A DNA stretch of 64,000 nt from an uncultured candidatus Porisulfidus sp. (GCA_965215765.1 OZ244118.1:1101007-1165006); one strand, 5' to 3'; counted from the first letter of the stretch, positions 40,548 through 52,873 are shown. Numbers and translations are program-made. The notes: generated by a model from the letters alone, not told the origin.

Positions 40548-43271
40548 ATGATGGCAAACAGTGTTGGGAATTTATTTACGAGGTACTCGGCTACTTACAG
40601 TAAAGCTGGTGGAGAAGACGCGGAGCGCGAGCCACTGACTGCAAAGGAGCTAAAAAAAGCGTCTCGAAATGAACTACGTGGTTTTGACGGGGATATTCTT
40701 CGCGTTAGCAAGCGTGGCGGTAATTTTCTGGATCGCGTTGTGTGTTGGCTTGAAAGTCGTGTTTTTTCGCTTACGCGCAGCGGTCAAAGGGAGTCAAGTC
40801 GGCAAAAGCAGAGCCAGGAATTTGCTGATTGTGTTAGTGCTGCGCTCACAGAAATAGGCGAAGTTGTTGAAGGTGATGGCAGACACGATCTGATAAGGAA
40901 AATAGAATCTGTTCAGAAGCGTGATTTGCCGTTGCGCTCCGGTTTTGTTCAATCCATTCTTCAGGAAGTTGCGGCATTGCAGCGTACTGCTGGGCAGGGT
41001 GTACTGCCAGATTTTGCCCAAATGGCGTTTCCAGCAGCAGAAGTGATCCATCAAGTAGAGATCCGTGATCAAGGTGTCGTGGTTCCTGATGGACAACTGG
41101 AACCTGGACGAGCGGCGGAAGTGGTTCATGGCGATCGTGACGAAGGTTTGCCTCAAGTTCCGGCCAATAGGGATAATGAGCCTGAAATTGTTCAGCAGAA
41201 CCTGCCTGTTCCCAATATTCTGCGCAATAACCCTGCCGACCCCATACAGCCAAAAAGATTTGACGAATTTTCACAGGTGTCTGGCTCTGTCTTTACTGAA
41301 AGGCTTAGCGGATACACGGGAGATATGCTTATTGGCCCCTGCCTGAATGAGGAGGTGAATCGGCGCGGCATTAAAATCTCCAGCCAAGTCTACAATAAAA
41401 TTGTGAATCACGCGACTTTGGAACTTGCTGTTTTCACATATCAAGTAGAAGACGGTGAAAGACCTATTTTTGGCACCTATAACTTTGCGCAAGATCTGCA
41501 TGAAAGATGGGTTGGTGAAAATAATAAAGCAACAAATCGCGCCACCCCAGAGCAATTGGAACATGATGTGCTTTATAGAACAGCATGCAATATATGCAAC
41601 GGAAACGAGGATTGGGTGAAAAATTATGTTGTTGAAAGATTAAATTTGATGGGGGCAGTCGCCCTACCTGAAAATGCTAATCAGGGGATACCGCAGCAGC
41701 AAGCCCCTATGCAAGCCCCTGTTCAAGCTGAGCAGGCCATAGGAGCCTTTCAGTTTGCGCAACAGAGCGATCAAGATTTTAAAAACAGTCTTCTTGATCC
41801 CGTAAAGACCAAGTTGGTTAATCCGGTGCTTGAAGGAAAAGGCTTTTATATCGATACAACAGATGCGAAAATACTAACCGCTGATGCCATCACCTCTGAT
41901 ATGGTGGATCATGTTATTAAACATCATGGTGGTGCTCAACAGGCAAAAGAAGCGGTAGACCAAAATCTTGGTCTTCTTAAGCTTGCAAGTAATCCAAATG
42001 CTAGCGAGAATCAGTTGCAGAATCAGGCACTTGAAAATGTAATTGTGGGCTTGGCCACTAATCATAAGGATGATATGTATGCAGCTGTCAATGTGCTATA
42101 TGAAGCGAGAGTAAGAGTAGCGGACGTGCCAGAAGCACCAGGAGAAGTTCCACCACCGCCGCAGGCACCGCAAGAACAACCTGTGCCTGAGCTACTACCT
42201 GGGCATGGGGACGTGGATCTGATGGCGCCTCAAGCACCCCAACATGAAGGGGGTGTGAGAGTTCAACCTCTCAATCTCGACCCTGTTCCAGCAGAGCCAG
42301 CCATAGAAGGTTTTCAGTTTACGCAACAGAACGATGAAGCATTTAAAGCCAGTCTTTTTGATCTCATATCGGCCAGGTTGGTTTATCCGGTGCTTGAAAA
42401 GAAAGGCTTATATAATAATCCAACACAAGAGACTATGAGAAACGCTAGTGTCATCCTTAGAGCCATTACCACTGATATGGGGGACTATGTTATTAATAAA
42501 AATGGCGGTTATCTGCAGGTAAAAAATGTAGCAAACGAGAATCTGGGTCTTTTGAGGTCTGTTGCAGAGCCTAATGATACCGATGAACAGTTGCAGAAGA
42601 ATGCGTTGAATGCTGTAATAGATGGCTGGATCACTAATGATAAGGTTGGTTTAGATGCAGTTGTTGGAAACATGTATGAAACGAGAGTAGGGGGCGCTCC
42701 AAAAGCACCAGCTGAAGTTGCACCACCGCCGCAGATGCGACCACAAGTTGTGCCTGGCCCGGATGATTTTTCGCAACCAGTTGGGTCAAAGATACCCCCT
42801 CATCCACCCCAAGTGCAGCGAGCAGCACCTCCGGTTAACCAACCTTTGGATGCCCCGGATTCTTTGCATGGAGCTGAGGCAATTAGAATCGGTCAGCCAA
42901 ATCTTGATCCTGCTAAAGGAAGGGCAATAGATGATTTTGTACGGAAACTTGAAAGGAATGAACTTAAAAACCGTGTGCGAGCTGCTGCCCATAAGGTTAT
43001 TGATGTGGCAGGGTATGCTAATGCCACCGGTATTGAATCTGACTTTGGTTCTCCACTTCATCACGTATATGCTGATCATATAGCTGGAAATAGTTGGGAG
43101 AATCACAAAGAATTTGCGAAAGGAACTTTTTCTAATGTTTACGATAATCAGGAAAAGAAAGCGCTAGATGAAGGTAAAAAAATTGATTTGCAGAAAGTAG
43201 AGGATACCACCATGAAGTTGTTTATCATCAATTTTTCAGGTGGATTTAGGTATGCCATGCAAAAAGTCTAA
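40548..43271 (+). CDS. Family-B paralog B4 (907 aa). It has the N-domain, an FTERL module, two ~185-aa QFAQQ modules and the conserved C-terminal domain.
   Basis: Full ORF. The modules are homologous to B2 at the amino-acid and DNA level. Confidence 0.7.
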   Translation: MMANSVGNLFTRYSATYSKAGGEDAEREPLTAKELKKASRNELRGFDGDILRVSKRGGNFLDRVVCWLESRVFSLTRSGQRESSRQKQSQEFADCVSAALTEIGEVVEGDGRHDLIRKIESVQKRDLPLRSGFVQSILQEVAALQRTAGQGVLPDFAQMAFPAAEVIHQVEIRDQGVVVPDGQLEPGRAAEVVHGDRDEGLPQVPANRDNEPEIVQQNLPVPNILRNNPADPIQPKRFDEFSQVSGSVFTERLSGYTGDMLIGPCLNEEVNRRGIKISSQVYNKIVNHATLELAVFTYQVEDGERPIFGTYNFAQDLHERWVGENNKATNRATPEQLEHDVLYRTACNICNGNEDWVKNYVVERLNLMGAVALPENANQGIPQQQAPMQAPVQAEQAIGAFQFAQQSDQDFKNSLLDPVKTKLVNPVLEGKGFYIDTTDAKILTADAITSDMVDHVIKHHGGAQQAKEAVDQNLGLLKLASNPNASENQLQNQALENVIVGLATNHKDDMYAAVNVLYEARVRVADVPEAPGEVPPPPQAPQEQPVPELLPGHGDVDLMAPQAPQHEGGVRVQPLNLDPVPAEPAIEGFQFTQQNDEAFKASLFDLISARLVYPVLEKKGLYNNPTQETMRNASVILRAITTDMGDYVINKNGGYLQVKNVANENLGLLRSVAEPNDTDEQLQKNALNAVIDGWITNDKVGLDAVVGNMYETRVGGAPKAPAEVAPPPQMRPQVVPGPDDFSQPVGSKIPPHPPQVQRAAPPVNQPLDAPDSLHGAEAIRIGQPNLDPAKGRAIDDFVRKLERNELKNRVRAAAHKVIDVAGYANATGIESDFGSPLHHVYADHIAGNSWENHKEFAKGTFSNVYDNQEKKALDEGKKIDLQKVEDTTMKLFIINFSGGFRYAMQKV

Positions 43272-44303
43272 CCTCAGGTTTAGAGAAAGCTGCAGAAGGG
43301 CATACGGGGCGGTCTTTTTCTGGCAAAAAATCTCTGACACTAATTTTGCCAAGCCGCCTATTCTATACAGCTGTTATTGAAACTGTTGCTGGAACTGTTT
43401 CTGCAGAAGTCAGGGTTGAGTGTTGTCGGGGCACAGGATAACTGCGTATGTTTCTGGTTTACTATACGGGTAAGCTACGGGTAATTCATCTTCTACACAA
43501 CATGATTAGACATCGTAGAAATTATGAATATGTTGCACCTTTTACTCCAAGGATAATCGATAGATGTTGGAGTTCAAGAACTCGTCACGTCGGATTCAGT
43601 ATCCGCACACCACTGGCAGTTTCCCGGTCACCATGTGTTCGACCTTCACTTGACTCGGCACATCTTTCAGCTGTGAAGGATGGTTCGAAGGAACCGCCTC
43701 ATAACATGGAAGGTGTGCATGGTTTGGTGTTGGCAAAAGGAATGCTTCCCGGTTTATCACCATACGGGCAGTCGTCTGTTGTTTGGCTCGCTTTTTTGTC
43801 GGGTAGTCGTGCGTAACCCGGAGGTCACTCGCTTATGCTGTCCATGTTGTGTTTCGCCGGTGCTGATTGATTTTTATGCCACCTGCTTTTCTCTGTGCAA
43901 ACTGCACCTGAGTGGCTCAAGAATTCAAGGGTCGAGCCTCTGAAACGGGGCAAAGCGGGTGGGTCTTGTTTTGCCCGAAACAGGCGAAGACAGGTCGTTA
44001 AAGGCTTTTCAGGTTAAAATGGCTGCCAATTGGTCTTGGAGTGATGGGTTAAGGTTCTAGCCGATGTGAGCAAATGGAGGTGGGAAAGTTGTATGTAGTA
44101 ATGGTTGTTTCAATGCGTAAGCAGGCACTTGTTCTTTGCGTGTCGGTTTGGGGAAGGTGGCAAAAAAGGTTAAGAAACATCAAGCGTCCATGCTTGATAG
44201 TCAAAAATTTTATTACGGTCGGGAAAGGCTGTTTCTTCGATTGCAGAAGTGTGGGCGAATTGCGTTGGTCACACTTCGTGCCTGTAAATTGTTACAGGAG
44301 GCC

Positions 44304-45446
44304 ATGATGGCAAACAATGTTGGGGATTTATTTGGGAAGTACTCGGCTACTTACAGTAAAGCTGGTGGAGAAGGCGAGGATCTTGTGCCGCTGGATCCAA
44401 AGGAGCAAAAAAAAGCGTCTAGAAATGAACTGCATGGTTTTGACGGGGGTGCTCTTCGCGTTAGCAAGCGTGGCGGTAATTTTCTGAATCGCGTTGTGTG
44501 TTGGCTTGAAGACCGTGTTCTTTCGCTTACGAGAAGCGTTGGTCGAGAGCCTACAATTCGGCAAAAGCACAGCAGTGAATTTGCCAGGCATGTTAGTGCT
44601 GCGCTCACAGAAATAGGTGAGCATGATGCTGACGGTGTGGAGAATCATTATCTAATGAAGAAAATTGAACTTGTTCAGAAGCGTGATTTGCCGTTGCGTT
44701 CAGGTTTTGTTCGATCCATTCTTTGGCAAGTTGCTCTACTGTAGGGTGACAGTGGGCAAGGTGTACTGCCAGATATTGCCAAGCAGGCGTTTCTGGCAGA
44801 ACCACCAGCAGTACCACCAGCAGTACCAGGTGTGGATTATGGCGGTCGTGATGAAGGTGAGCATCAAATTCCGGACGATAGGAATGTGGCACACAGAGGT
44901 GATCAGAACCAGCCTCCTCCCGACATTCCGGCCAACAAGAATGTAGCTGGCGGCGATCAGCAACTGCCTCCCCAGATGGCGGCGGGAGTTCATAAAGCCG
45001 ATGTGAGAGACTATAAAGACTTTGCAAACCTGTCTAGTGGTGACTTCACTGAAAAGCTTTGCCAATACATGGCAAATTTTGTCTCCAAAATTGTGGATGG
45101 GCAGTTGGATCAACGCGAATGTCGCATCACCAACCATCAGTGCGACCAAATTGTTCGAGAGACGACTTTGAGACTTGCTGATAACAAATATCCAGGGGGT
45201 GAAGGCGAAGATCGTATACTTACCACCTTTGTGACTGCTCAAGACATGCACAAGCAACTTGTTGCCGAGAATGAGCAAAAAGGTTTCCCTAGATCCCCGG
45301 CTGATTTGGAAAAGACTGTGGTTTCTTTAATAGGATACAACATAGGCGTAAACCAAGGGGACTGGATGGAAACGATTGTTTCTGAAAATTTAAACAACCT
45401 GATGATAGAGCCCCCACCAGAGAATGCCGATCAGGGTATACCGTAG
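44304..45446 (+). pseudogene. B3' is a copy of B3 inside a ~6.6-kb segmental duplication. It is interrupted by an in-frame TAG at 44742-44744 (CAG to TAG). The downstream part 44832..45446 is still in frame.
   Basis: Offset of 6594 bp from B3. ORF 44136..44744 and ORF 44832..45446 share a reading frame. B3 has CAG at the homologous position. Confidence 0.75.
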
Positions 45447-45449
45447 CAA

Positions 45450-47870
45450 TCACTCTATGATCAAGCCTGTGGTCAATGAGGTGCGGAAGTTCAAATTTCC
45501 GCTCCCGACCTTGTTCAAGTCTGGCGAGTCGAAGTAGACTTTCAGTAACAAGCACCTTTGTGTGCCCCAGCTTTCCAGCAGCCACCGCAACAAGGACAAC
45601 CTTGGGGTGCCCCAGATTTTCAGCTACCGCAGGTTCCTCAAGCATCCCATCGTCAAGAAGGTGCGGAAGTTCAAATTCCTGATCCCGACCTTTCTCAAGC
45701 AGGGCGAGTCGAAGGAGATTTTCAGTTTGTGCAACAGAACGATTTAGAACTTCAACAAAGTCTTTTTAAGCCTGTAAAGGACAAGTTGGTTGATCCGGCG
45801 CTTCACGAAAAAGGTTTTTATAACGACAGGACACATGCGCAAGCGAAATCAACCACCGCTGACCAGATCGCCTCTGAAATGATGGAATATATTATTCAAC
45901 GTTGTGGTAGTACTTAAAAGGTAAAAGAGGTAACAGACGATAATCTGAAGCTTCTGAGGATTGCAGGAAATGGAACCAGCTAACAGATGCAGTAGCAGGC
46001 ATCGGGAAATGTAATTGATGGCTTAGCCACTAATCATAAGGCTAAAATGGGTACACGTGTCGAAGAGTTATATGGAAGAGCGGTAGCAGGGGACAGGTAA
46101 AGGACAGCACGTGAAGTCAAGCAGCCGTCGCAGCAAGTAACAACCATGACTTGTGCTTGCCCCCCGGCTTTCCAGCCGCCGCCGCAACAAGGACAACCTT
46201 GGGGTGCCCCAGATTTTCAGTAACAAGCACCTTTGTGTGCCCCAGCTTTCCAGCAGCCACCACGATAGCAATCATGACTTGTGCTTGCCCCGTGTGCCCC
46301 TGGGTTTTAGCCACCACCGCCCGGGCAATTACAACCTGCACCTCTCTCCCGGGACGATCTTTCGCAGTCAGTCGGGTCATCAGTCAGACTCCTTTAGCCA
46401 CCTTTAGCCGCCGCCGCAACAAGGACAACCTTGGGGTGCCCCAAATTTTCAGCTACCGCAGGTTTCTCAAGCATTCCATCGTCAAGAGGGTGCGGAAGTT
46501 CAAATTCCTGATCCCGACCTTTCTCAAGCAGGGCGAGTCGAAGGAGATTTTCAGTTTGTGCAACAGAACGATTTAGAACTTCAACAAAGTCTTTTTAAGC
46601 CTGTAAAGGACAAGTTGGTTGATCCGGCGCTTCACGAAAAAGGTTTTTATAACGACAGGACACATGCGCAAGCGAAATCAACCACCGCTGACCAGATCGC
46701 CTCTGAAATGATGGAATATATTATTCAACGTTGTGGTAGTACTTAAAAGGTAAAAGAGGTAACAGACGATAATCTGAAGCTTCTGAGGATTGCAGGAAAT
46801 GGAACCAGCTAACAGATGCAGTAGCAGGCATCGGGAAATGTAATTGATGGCTTAGCCACTAATCATAAGGCTAAAATGGGTACACGTGTCGAAGAGTTAT
46901 ATGGAAGAGCGGTAGCAGGGGACAGGTAAAGGACAGCACGTGAAGTCAAGCAGCCGTCGCAGCAAGTAACAACCATGACTTGTGCTTGCCCCGTGTGCCT
47001 CTGGGTTTTAGCCACCACCGCCCAGGCAATTACAACCTACACCTCTCTCCCGGGACGATCTTTCGCAGTCAGTCGGGCCAACAGTTAGGCACCTTTAGCC
47101 ACCGCCGCCTCAAGCATCCCATCGTCAAGAAGGCGCGGAAGTTCAAATTTCCGCTCCCGACCTTGCTCAAGTCTGGCGAGTCGAAGTAGATTTTCAGTAA
47201 CAAGCACCTTTGTGTGCCCCCCAGCTTTCCAGCCGCCGCGGCAGCAACCATGACTTGCGCCTGCTCCAAGTGCCCTTGGTTTTTAGCCACCACCGCCCGG
47301 GCAATTACAACCTGTACCTCCACCCCAAGATAATCTTTCGCAGTCAGTCGGGTCATCAGTCAGACTCCTTTAGTCACCGCCGCATCAAGCATCCCATCGT
47401 CAAGAAGGTGCGGAAGTTCAGATTCCCGGTTCCGATCCTGTTCAAGCCGGGCGAGTCGAAGGAGATTTTAGTAACAAGCACCTTTGTGTGCCCCAGCTTT
47501 CCAGCAGCCACCACGATAGCAATCATGACTTGTGCTTGCCCCGTGTGCCCCTAGGTTTTAGCCACCGCCCGGGCAATTACAACCTGCACCTCCACCCCAA
47601 GACGATCTTTCGCAGTCAGCCGGGTCATCAGTCAGACTCCTTTAGCCACCGCCACCTCAAGCATCCCATCGTCAAGAAGGTGCGGAAGTTCAAATTTCCG
47701 ATCCCGAACCTGTTCAAGCCGGGCGGGTCGAAGGAAATTTTAGTAACAAGCACCTTTGTGTGCCCCAGCTTTCCAGCCGCCACCACGGCAGCAACCATGA
47801 CCTGTGCTTGCCCCGTGTGCCCCTCATTACCTGTGCTGCCTGCATGTTGGCTTGAGATTGGTGCGTTTCG
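45450..47870. repeat. Field of about 10 degenerate ~245-bp repeats (expanded from the 38860-39450 type) interleaved with two copies (45650-46100 and 46480-46930) of a decayed QFVQQ module riddled with stops.
   Basis: The cagtaacaagcacctttgtgtgcccc(c)agctttcc..gccaccgc motif recurs at least 8 times. Identical ORF fragments lie at 45558..45917 and 46558..46746. Confidence 0.75.
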
Positions 47871-48560
47871 GCAACGGTCAGCCACCGGCAGTTTTCCGGT
47901 CACCACTGTTCGACCTTTGCTTGACTCGGCACATCTTTCAGCTGCAAAGGTTGACCTGCAGGAACCTGTTTCGTGACATGGGGGGTGCTGGCAAAAGGAA
48001 TGTACTTCGGTTTGTCACCCAAACGCATAACCTGCTGTTGCTTGGGTTGTTTTTTGTGTCGGATAGCCGTGCGCAACCCTCTGGTCACTCGCTTTTGCCT
48101 GTCCAAGTGGTGTTTTTCGGTGATGACCGACTTTTATGCCACCTGCTTTTTCCTGTGCAAACGGCACCCGGGTGACTCAAGAATTCAAAAGCCAGAGTCC
48201 CTAAACGGGATAAAGAAGGTGGCTCTGTCGCTCGAAGCAGGCGGAAAATTGGATGTTATGGGTTTTTCAGGTTACAATGGTTGCCAATCGGTATTGGAGC
48301 GATGGGTTAAGGTTCGAGCCGACATGAACAAACGGAGGTAGGGAAACTGTGTGTGGAATGACTGTTTTAATGCGTGAGCAGCCACTTATTCTTTACGTTC
48401 CGGTCTGGGCCATGTGGCAAGAAGGGTTAAGAAATATCAAGCACCCATGCTTGATAGTCAATAATTTTATTACGGTCGGAAAAGGCCGTTTTTCGGGTTG
48501 CAGAAGTGTGCTCGAATTGCGTTGGCCACACTTTGTGGCTGTGAATTGTTACAGGAGGTC

Positions 48561-50072
48561 ATGATGGCAAACAGTGTTGGGAATTTATTTACGAAGTACT
48601 CGGCTACTTACAGTAAAGCTGGTGATGACGACGCGGATCGTGAGCCACTGAATCCAAAGGAGCTAAAAAAAGCGTCTCGAAATGAACTACGTGGTCTTGG
48701 GAATGCTCTTCGCGTTAGCAAGCGTGGCGGTAATTTTCTGGATCGCGTTGTGTGTTGGCTTGAAGACCGTGTTTTTTCGCTTACGCGCAGCAGTTACACG
48801 GAGTCAAGTCGGCAAAAGCAGAGCCAGGAATTTGCTGGTTATGTTAGTGATGCGCTCTTAGAAATAGGCGAAGATGTTGAAGGTGAAAGCAAACACGAGC
48901 TAATACAGCAAATAGAATCTGTACGGAAGCGTGATTTGCCGTTACGCTCAGGTTTTGTTAAATCCATTCTTGATGAAGTTGCGAAATTGAAGCACGATGC
49001 TGGGAAGGGTGAACTGCCAGAAATTGCCGATCGAGTATTTCCAGCAGGGTATAGATACTCCTCTGAACCTGAACAGGTATCAGCAGGAGCTGTATGCAGT
49101 AAGCAAATTGGCTCACGAGAGGATCCAAATTTGGATGATATTAATGTGACTGACGAAAAAGACCAGAGCCTGTTTCTTTCCGATGTGAAACCAATTAATA
49201 TTGCCGATGAGAAAGGCGGTAAGGACTTTATGGATCTGACTGTTGAAGAATTCACAGAAAAGTTTTGCGAATACACGGGAAGGTCAATTATTGAAGTCGA
49301 ACTTGGCAATGAGTTGATGGGACGCAATGTTAGTATCAGTTCGGAACAGCGCAGCCAAGTTGTGAAAGGCGCCACTTTGAAATTTGCTAAAAACAAATTT
49401 CCAGGAAATGAAGGCGAAGACCCTATTTCTGGTACCATGGCGCATGCGAAAGAAGAGTATAAGAAAAAAATTGATAGCGGAACACATGCTCATTACCTGA
49501 GTGCTGTGGAAGATGATGTGCTTCAAGAATTATCGGAACAAATATGTCTTGGAATTAATGAATCAGTGAGAGCATTTATTTCTGAGGATTTAGATCGCTT
49601 GTTAGGGAAACCAAGTGGGAACGATGTAAAGGATGCACCGCAGCCACCAACCAATGCAACGGAAGCAACCGATGTAAAGGCAGCAACCGATGTAAAGGCA
49701 GCTGCCGCCGCAAAGAATGCAGCAATGAAAGCTTATTCGAAACTGTTAGAAGCTCCAACCTATAAAAATAGTATATTAAATGCTGCCAAAGATGTTATGG
49801 GTGATGCAGGATATGATTTTGAATATGTTTCAGCAAATGCTGAATCTCCAGTTCGTTTAGCGTATAATGATCATACGCATGGCGACACATGGAGGCAAAC
49901 ACACAAAAATGTTGCGTTAGACATTTTTGATGCTCGTTATGATGCAGCAATTCAGAAAGGTGATTCTTCGCTCGACAACGTAGGGGATGATACCAAAGCT
50001 GAATTTACTCAATATTTTAAACATGCATTCATGCGTGTCGTGAACGAAATTAAAGCTAAGGAAGAACAGTAA
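48561..50072 (+). CDS. Family-B paralog B5 (503 aa). It has the N-domain, an FTEKFC module, an acidic TDVKAATDVKA repeat and the conserved C-terminal domain.
   Basis: Full ORF with the conserved leader upstream. Confidence 0.7.
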   Translation: MMANSVGNLFTKYSATYSKAGDDDADREPLNPKELKKASRNELRGLGNALRVSKRGGNFLDRVVCWLEDRVFSLTRSSYTESSRQKQSQEFAGYVSDALLEIGEDVEGESKHELIQQIESVRKRDLPLRSGFVKSILDEVAKLKHDAGKGELPEIADRVFPAGYRYSSEPEQVSAGAVCSKQIGSREDPNLDDINVTDEKDQSLFLSDVKPINIADEKGGKDFMDLTVEEFTEKFCEYTGRSIIEVELGNELMGRNVSISSEQRSQVVKGATLKFAKNKFPGNEGEDPISGTMAHAKEEYKKKIDSGTHAHYLSAVEDDVLQELSEQICLGINESVRAFISEDLDRLLGKPSGNDVKDAPQPPTNATEATDVKAATDVKAAAAAKNAAMKAYSKLLEAPTYKNSILNAAKDVMGDAGYDFEYVSANAESPVRLAYNDHTHGDTWRQTHKNVALDIFDARYDAAIQKGDSSLDNVGDDTKAEFTQYFKHAFMRVVNEIKAKEEQ

Positions 50073-50776
50073 GACACACGAGGCGGTCTTTTTCTGACGA
50101 ATGATCTCTAAAGCCAATTTTGCAAGCCCACATTCACCACAAATGAGAGGTCTGTCAGCAGAGACCCGACTCACTGACATGGGTCAGGTATCCGGTTTGG
50201 TGTTGACAAAAGGAATGCCTCCAGGTTTGTCACTATAAGTGGAGCCTGCTGTTGCTTGGGTTGCTTTTTTGTGCCGGATAGCCGAGCGCAACCCACAGGC
50301 CACTCGCTACTGCCTGCCCATGTGGTGTTTGCCGGTGCTGATCGGTTTTTATGCCACCCACTTTTTTCTCTGCAAACGGTGCCCCGGTGAGCCAAGAATT
50401 CAAAAGAAGAGGTCTCTAAATGGGACAGAGTGGGTGGGTTTTGTCGCTCGAAGCAGGCGGAAAATTGGATGTTATGGGTTTTTCAGGTTACAATGGTTGT
50501 CAATCGGTATTGGGGCGATGGGTTAAGGTTCGAGCCGACATGAACAAACGGAGGTAGGGAAACTGTGTGTGGAATGACTGTTTTAATGCGTGAGCAGCCA
50601 CTTATTCTTTACGTTCCGGTCTGGGCCATGTGGCAAGAAGGGTTAAGAAATATCAAGCACCCATGCTTGATAGTCAATAATTTTATTACGGTCGGAAAAG
50701 GCCGTTTTTCGGGTTGTAGAAGTGTGCTCGAATTGCGTTGGCCGCATTTTGTGGCTGTGAATTGTTACAGGAGGTC

Positions 50777-52243
50777 ATGATGGCAAACAATGTTGGGAAT
50801 TTATTTACGAAGTACTCGGCTACTTACAGTAAAGCTGGTGATGACGACGCGGATCGTGAGCCACTGAATCCAAAGGAGCTAAAAAAAGCGTCTCGAAATG
50901 AACTACGTGGTCTTGGGAATGCTCTTCGCGTTAGCAAGCGTGGCGGTAATTTTCTGGATCGCGTTGTGTGTTGGCTTGAAGACCGTGTTTTTTCGCTTAC
51001 GCGCAGCAGTTACCCGGAGTCAAGTCGGCAATCGCAAAGCAAGGAATTTTCTGAAGATGTTAAGAAAGCACTCACAGAAATAGGCGTGGACACTGAAGGA
51101 GTAGACGAACACCAACTAATGAAGCAAATAAAATCAGTTCAGGTGCGTGATTTGCCGCTGCGCTCAGGTTTTGTTCAATCCATTCTTCGGGATGTTGCGA
51201 GATTGCAGCGCGATGCCGGGTGGGGTGAACTGCCAGAAATTGCCAAAGCGGCGTTTTTGGAAACAGATACGGATTCCCCTGCACAGGATCCAGTTTATCA
51301 GGAAGATTTGCTTGAGCGTGATTCTGAACCAGAACAGGTGGTAACAAATACGAGCGATAACAGTCATGACAAGAGTGGGCATCAAACCCCGGTCCATGGC
51401 GATGAGTCTGTCAGAAATGACCCGAGTCTGCCTTCTTCCGAAATGGAAGTGGAAACTCATAAAGACGATGAGAAAAAATTTGCGGATCTGACTGGTGCTG
51501 AATTCACTGACAGGCTTTGCTCACAGACAAGGAAGTTTGTTGTAGGCTACCTGGAAATTGAGTTGAAAAGACGCCAGTGTGATATCAACCCGGAACAGAG
51601 TACCCAAGTTGTGAAAGACGCGACTTTGGAACTTGCTAAACGCAAATTTCCGGGAGAAGAAGGCCATGACCCTATTTCTGATATTATGGCGCACACGAAA
51701 GAACTGGAAAAGAACAAGTTTTATGAGAATGTGAATGAAAGTTTTGCTAAGCCTGTGGCTGCTTCTGAAGATGAGGCACTTGTTGAGACAGCACTCGAAC
51801 TATTTGTAGACAATGAGGCTTGGCTGGAAGCGTATATCTCTACACGTTTAGACGAATTAGGGATAGGGGTATCACCTGTGGATGATCCAAATTCTTCACC
51901 AAAAGTTAGTCAACTAAAAGCTTTTAGGGAGAAACTCGACACACAGGAAATTAAAAAACGTATACATAGTGCTGCCAGTGAAGTACTTGGTGAGGCAGGA
52001 TATAATACTGACATTCTTTTAATTGATAAAGAATCTCCAGTTCGTAGGGTATATCAAGATAATTTATATGGAGATGCATGGAGTCGGCACAAAACAGCCG
52101 CGACACAACTTTTTTCTAATAATTATATGGCTGCAAGAATGGGAGGTGATGTTCTTTTGTTGGACAAAGTAGAGGAAGACACCATACAGGCATTTATTGT
52201 GCAATTTAAAATTGATTTTGTTAAGGGTATGCCATCACCCTAA
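50777..52243 (+). CDS. Family-B paralog B6 (488 aa).
   Basis: Full ORF. The N-domain and C-domain are conserved. Confidence 0.7.
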   Translation: MMANNVGNLFTKYSATYSKAGDDDADREPLNPKELKKASRNELRGLGNALRVSKRGGNFLDRVVCWLEDRVFSLTRSSYPESSRQSQSKEFSEDVKKALTEIGVDTEGVDEHQLMKQIKSVQVRDLPLRSGFVQSILRDVARLQRDAGWGELPEIAKAAFLETDTDSPAQDPVYQEDLLERDSEPEQVVTNTSDNSHDKSGHQTPVHGDESVRNDPSLPSSEMEVETHKDDEKKFADLTGAEFTDRLCSQTRKFVVGYLEIELKRRQCDINPEQSTQVVKDATLELAKRKFPGEEGHDPISDIMAHTKELEKNKFYENVNESFAKPVAASEDEALVETALELFVDNEAWLEAYISTRLDELGIGVSPVDDPNSSPKVSQLKAFREKLDTQEIKKRIHSAASEVLGEAGYNTDILLIDKESPVRRVYQDNLYGDAWSRHKTAATQLFSNNYMAARMGGDVLLLDKVEEDTIQAFIVQFKIDFVKGMPSP

Positions 52244-52407
52244 TCTGAGATTTAGAGAAAACTGTAAAGGGTACACGAGGCGGTCTTTCTCTGGCATAAG
52301 ATCTTTAGCGTTTTTGCCAAGCCGCCTCTTTTATATAACTGAGGAGCTGTTATTGGGACTGTTTCTGCAGAAGTCGGGATGGGGCTGCCGTCATGGCTTC
52401 CGGAAAG

Positions 52408-52873
52408 CTACAATCGTTTCTGGTTTCTATACAGGAAAAGTTGCAGGGAATTCCTCTTCCGCATAATAAAGTTTGACATCATCGCAGGACTGGTTCCCGG
52501 CACTGCCGGTAAATCCTTGATAAAACTTCTGGTGACACTGACCACTTGCTCTTCGATCAGGAATGATTTGCCCTCGTTTCCCGCCTTGGGATTGATTCGT
52601 TTGAGATAGTACCTGCCGTTACGGTTGATGAAGCCAAGGTCAATAACGGACAGCTTTTCCCGTTTATTTTTTTCCAGCAAATAGCTTGGCTCAACATTGG
52701 TTTTTCATCAGATTGGCTGTCAAGCCAACGCTGCAGGCGTCTGTACTTATGCTGGTTTCCAGCCAGAACTGCGAAAGTGAAAACTTAAGCTCCGTGAAGC
52801 GCCGACGAAGAAAATCATGGTCGATCCAACTCAGCAAGGCACCAGCGCGTGGCTCGCTCGTTCTGCTGTCCAA
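52408..52873 (-). pseudogene. Frameshifted copy of the lysK 3' end (last ~150 codons) carried along in an array duplication.
   Basis: ORFs 52408..52680 and 52691..52873 match the LysK C-terminus (...GPRAGALLSWIDHDFLRRRFTELKFSLSQFWLETSIS... / ...INPKAGNEGKSFL.EEQVVSV.RS.IKDLPA.PGTSP). Confidence 0.8.
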
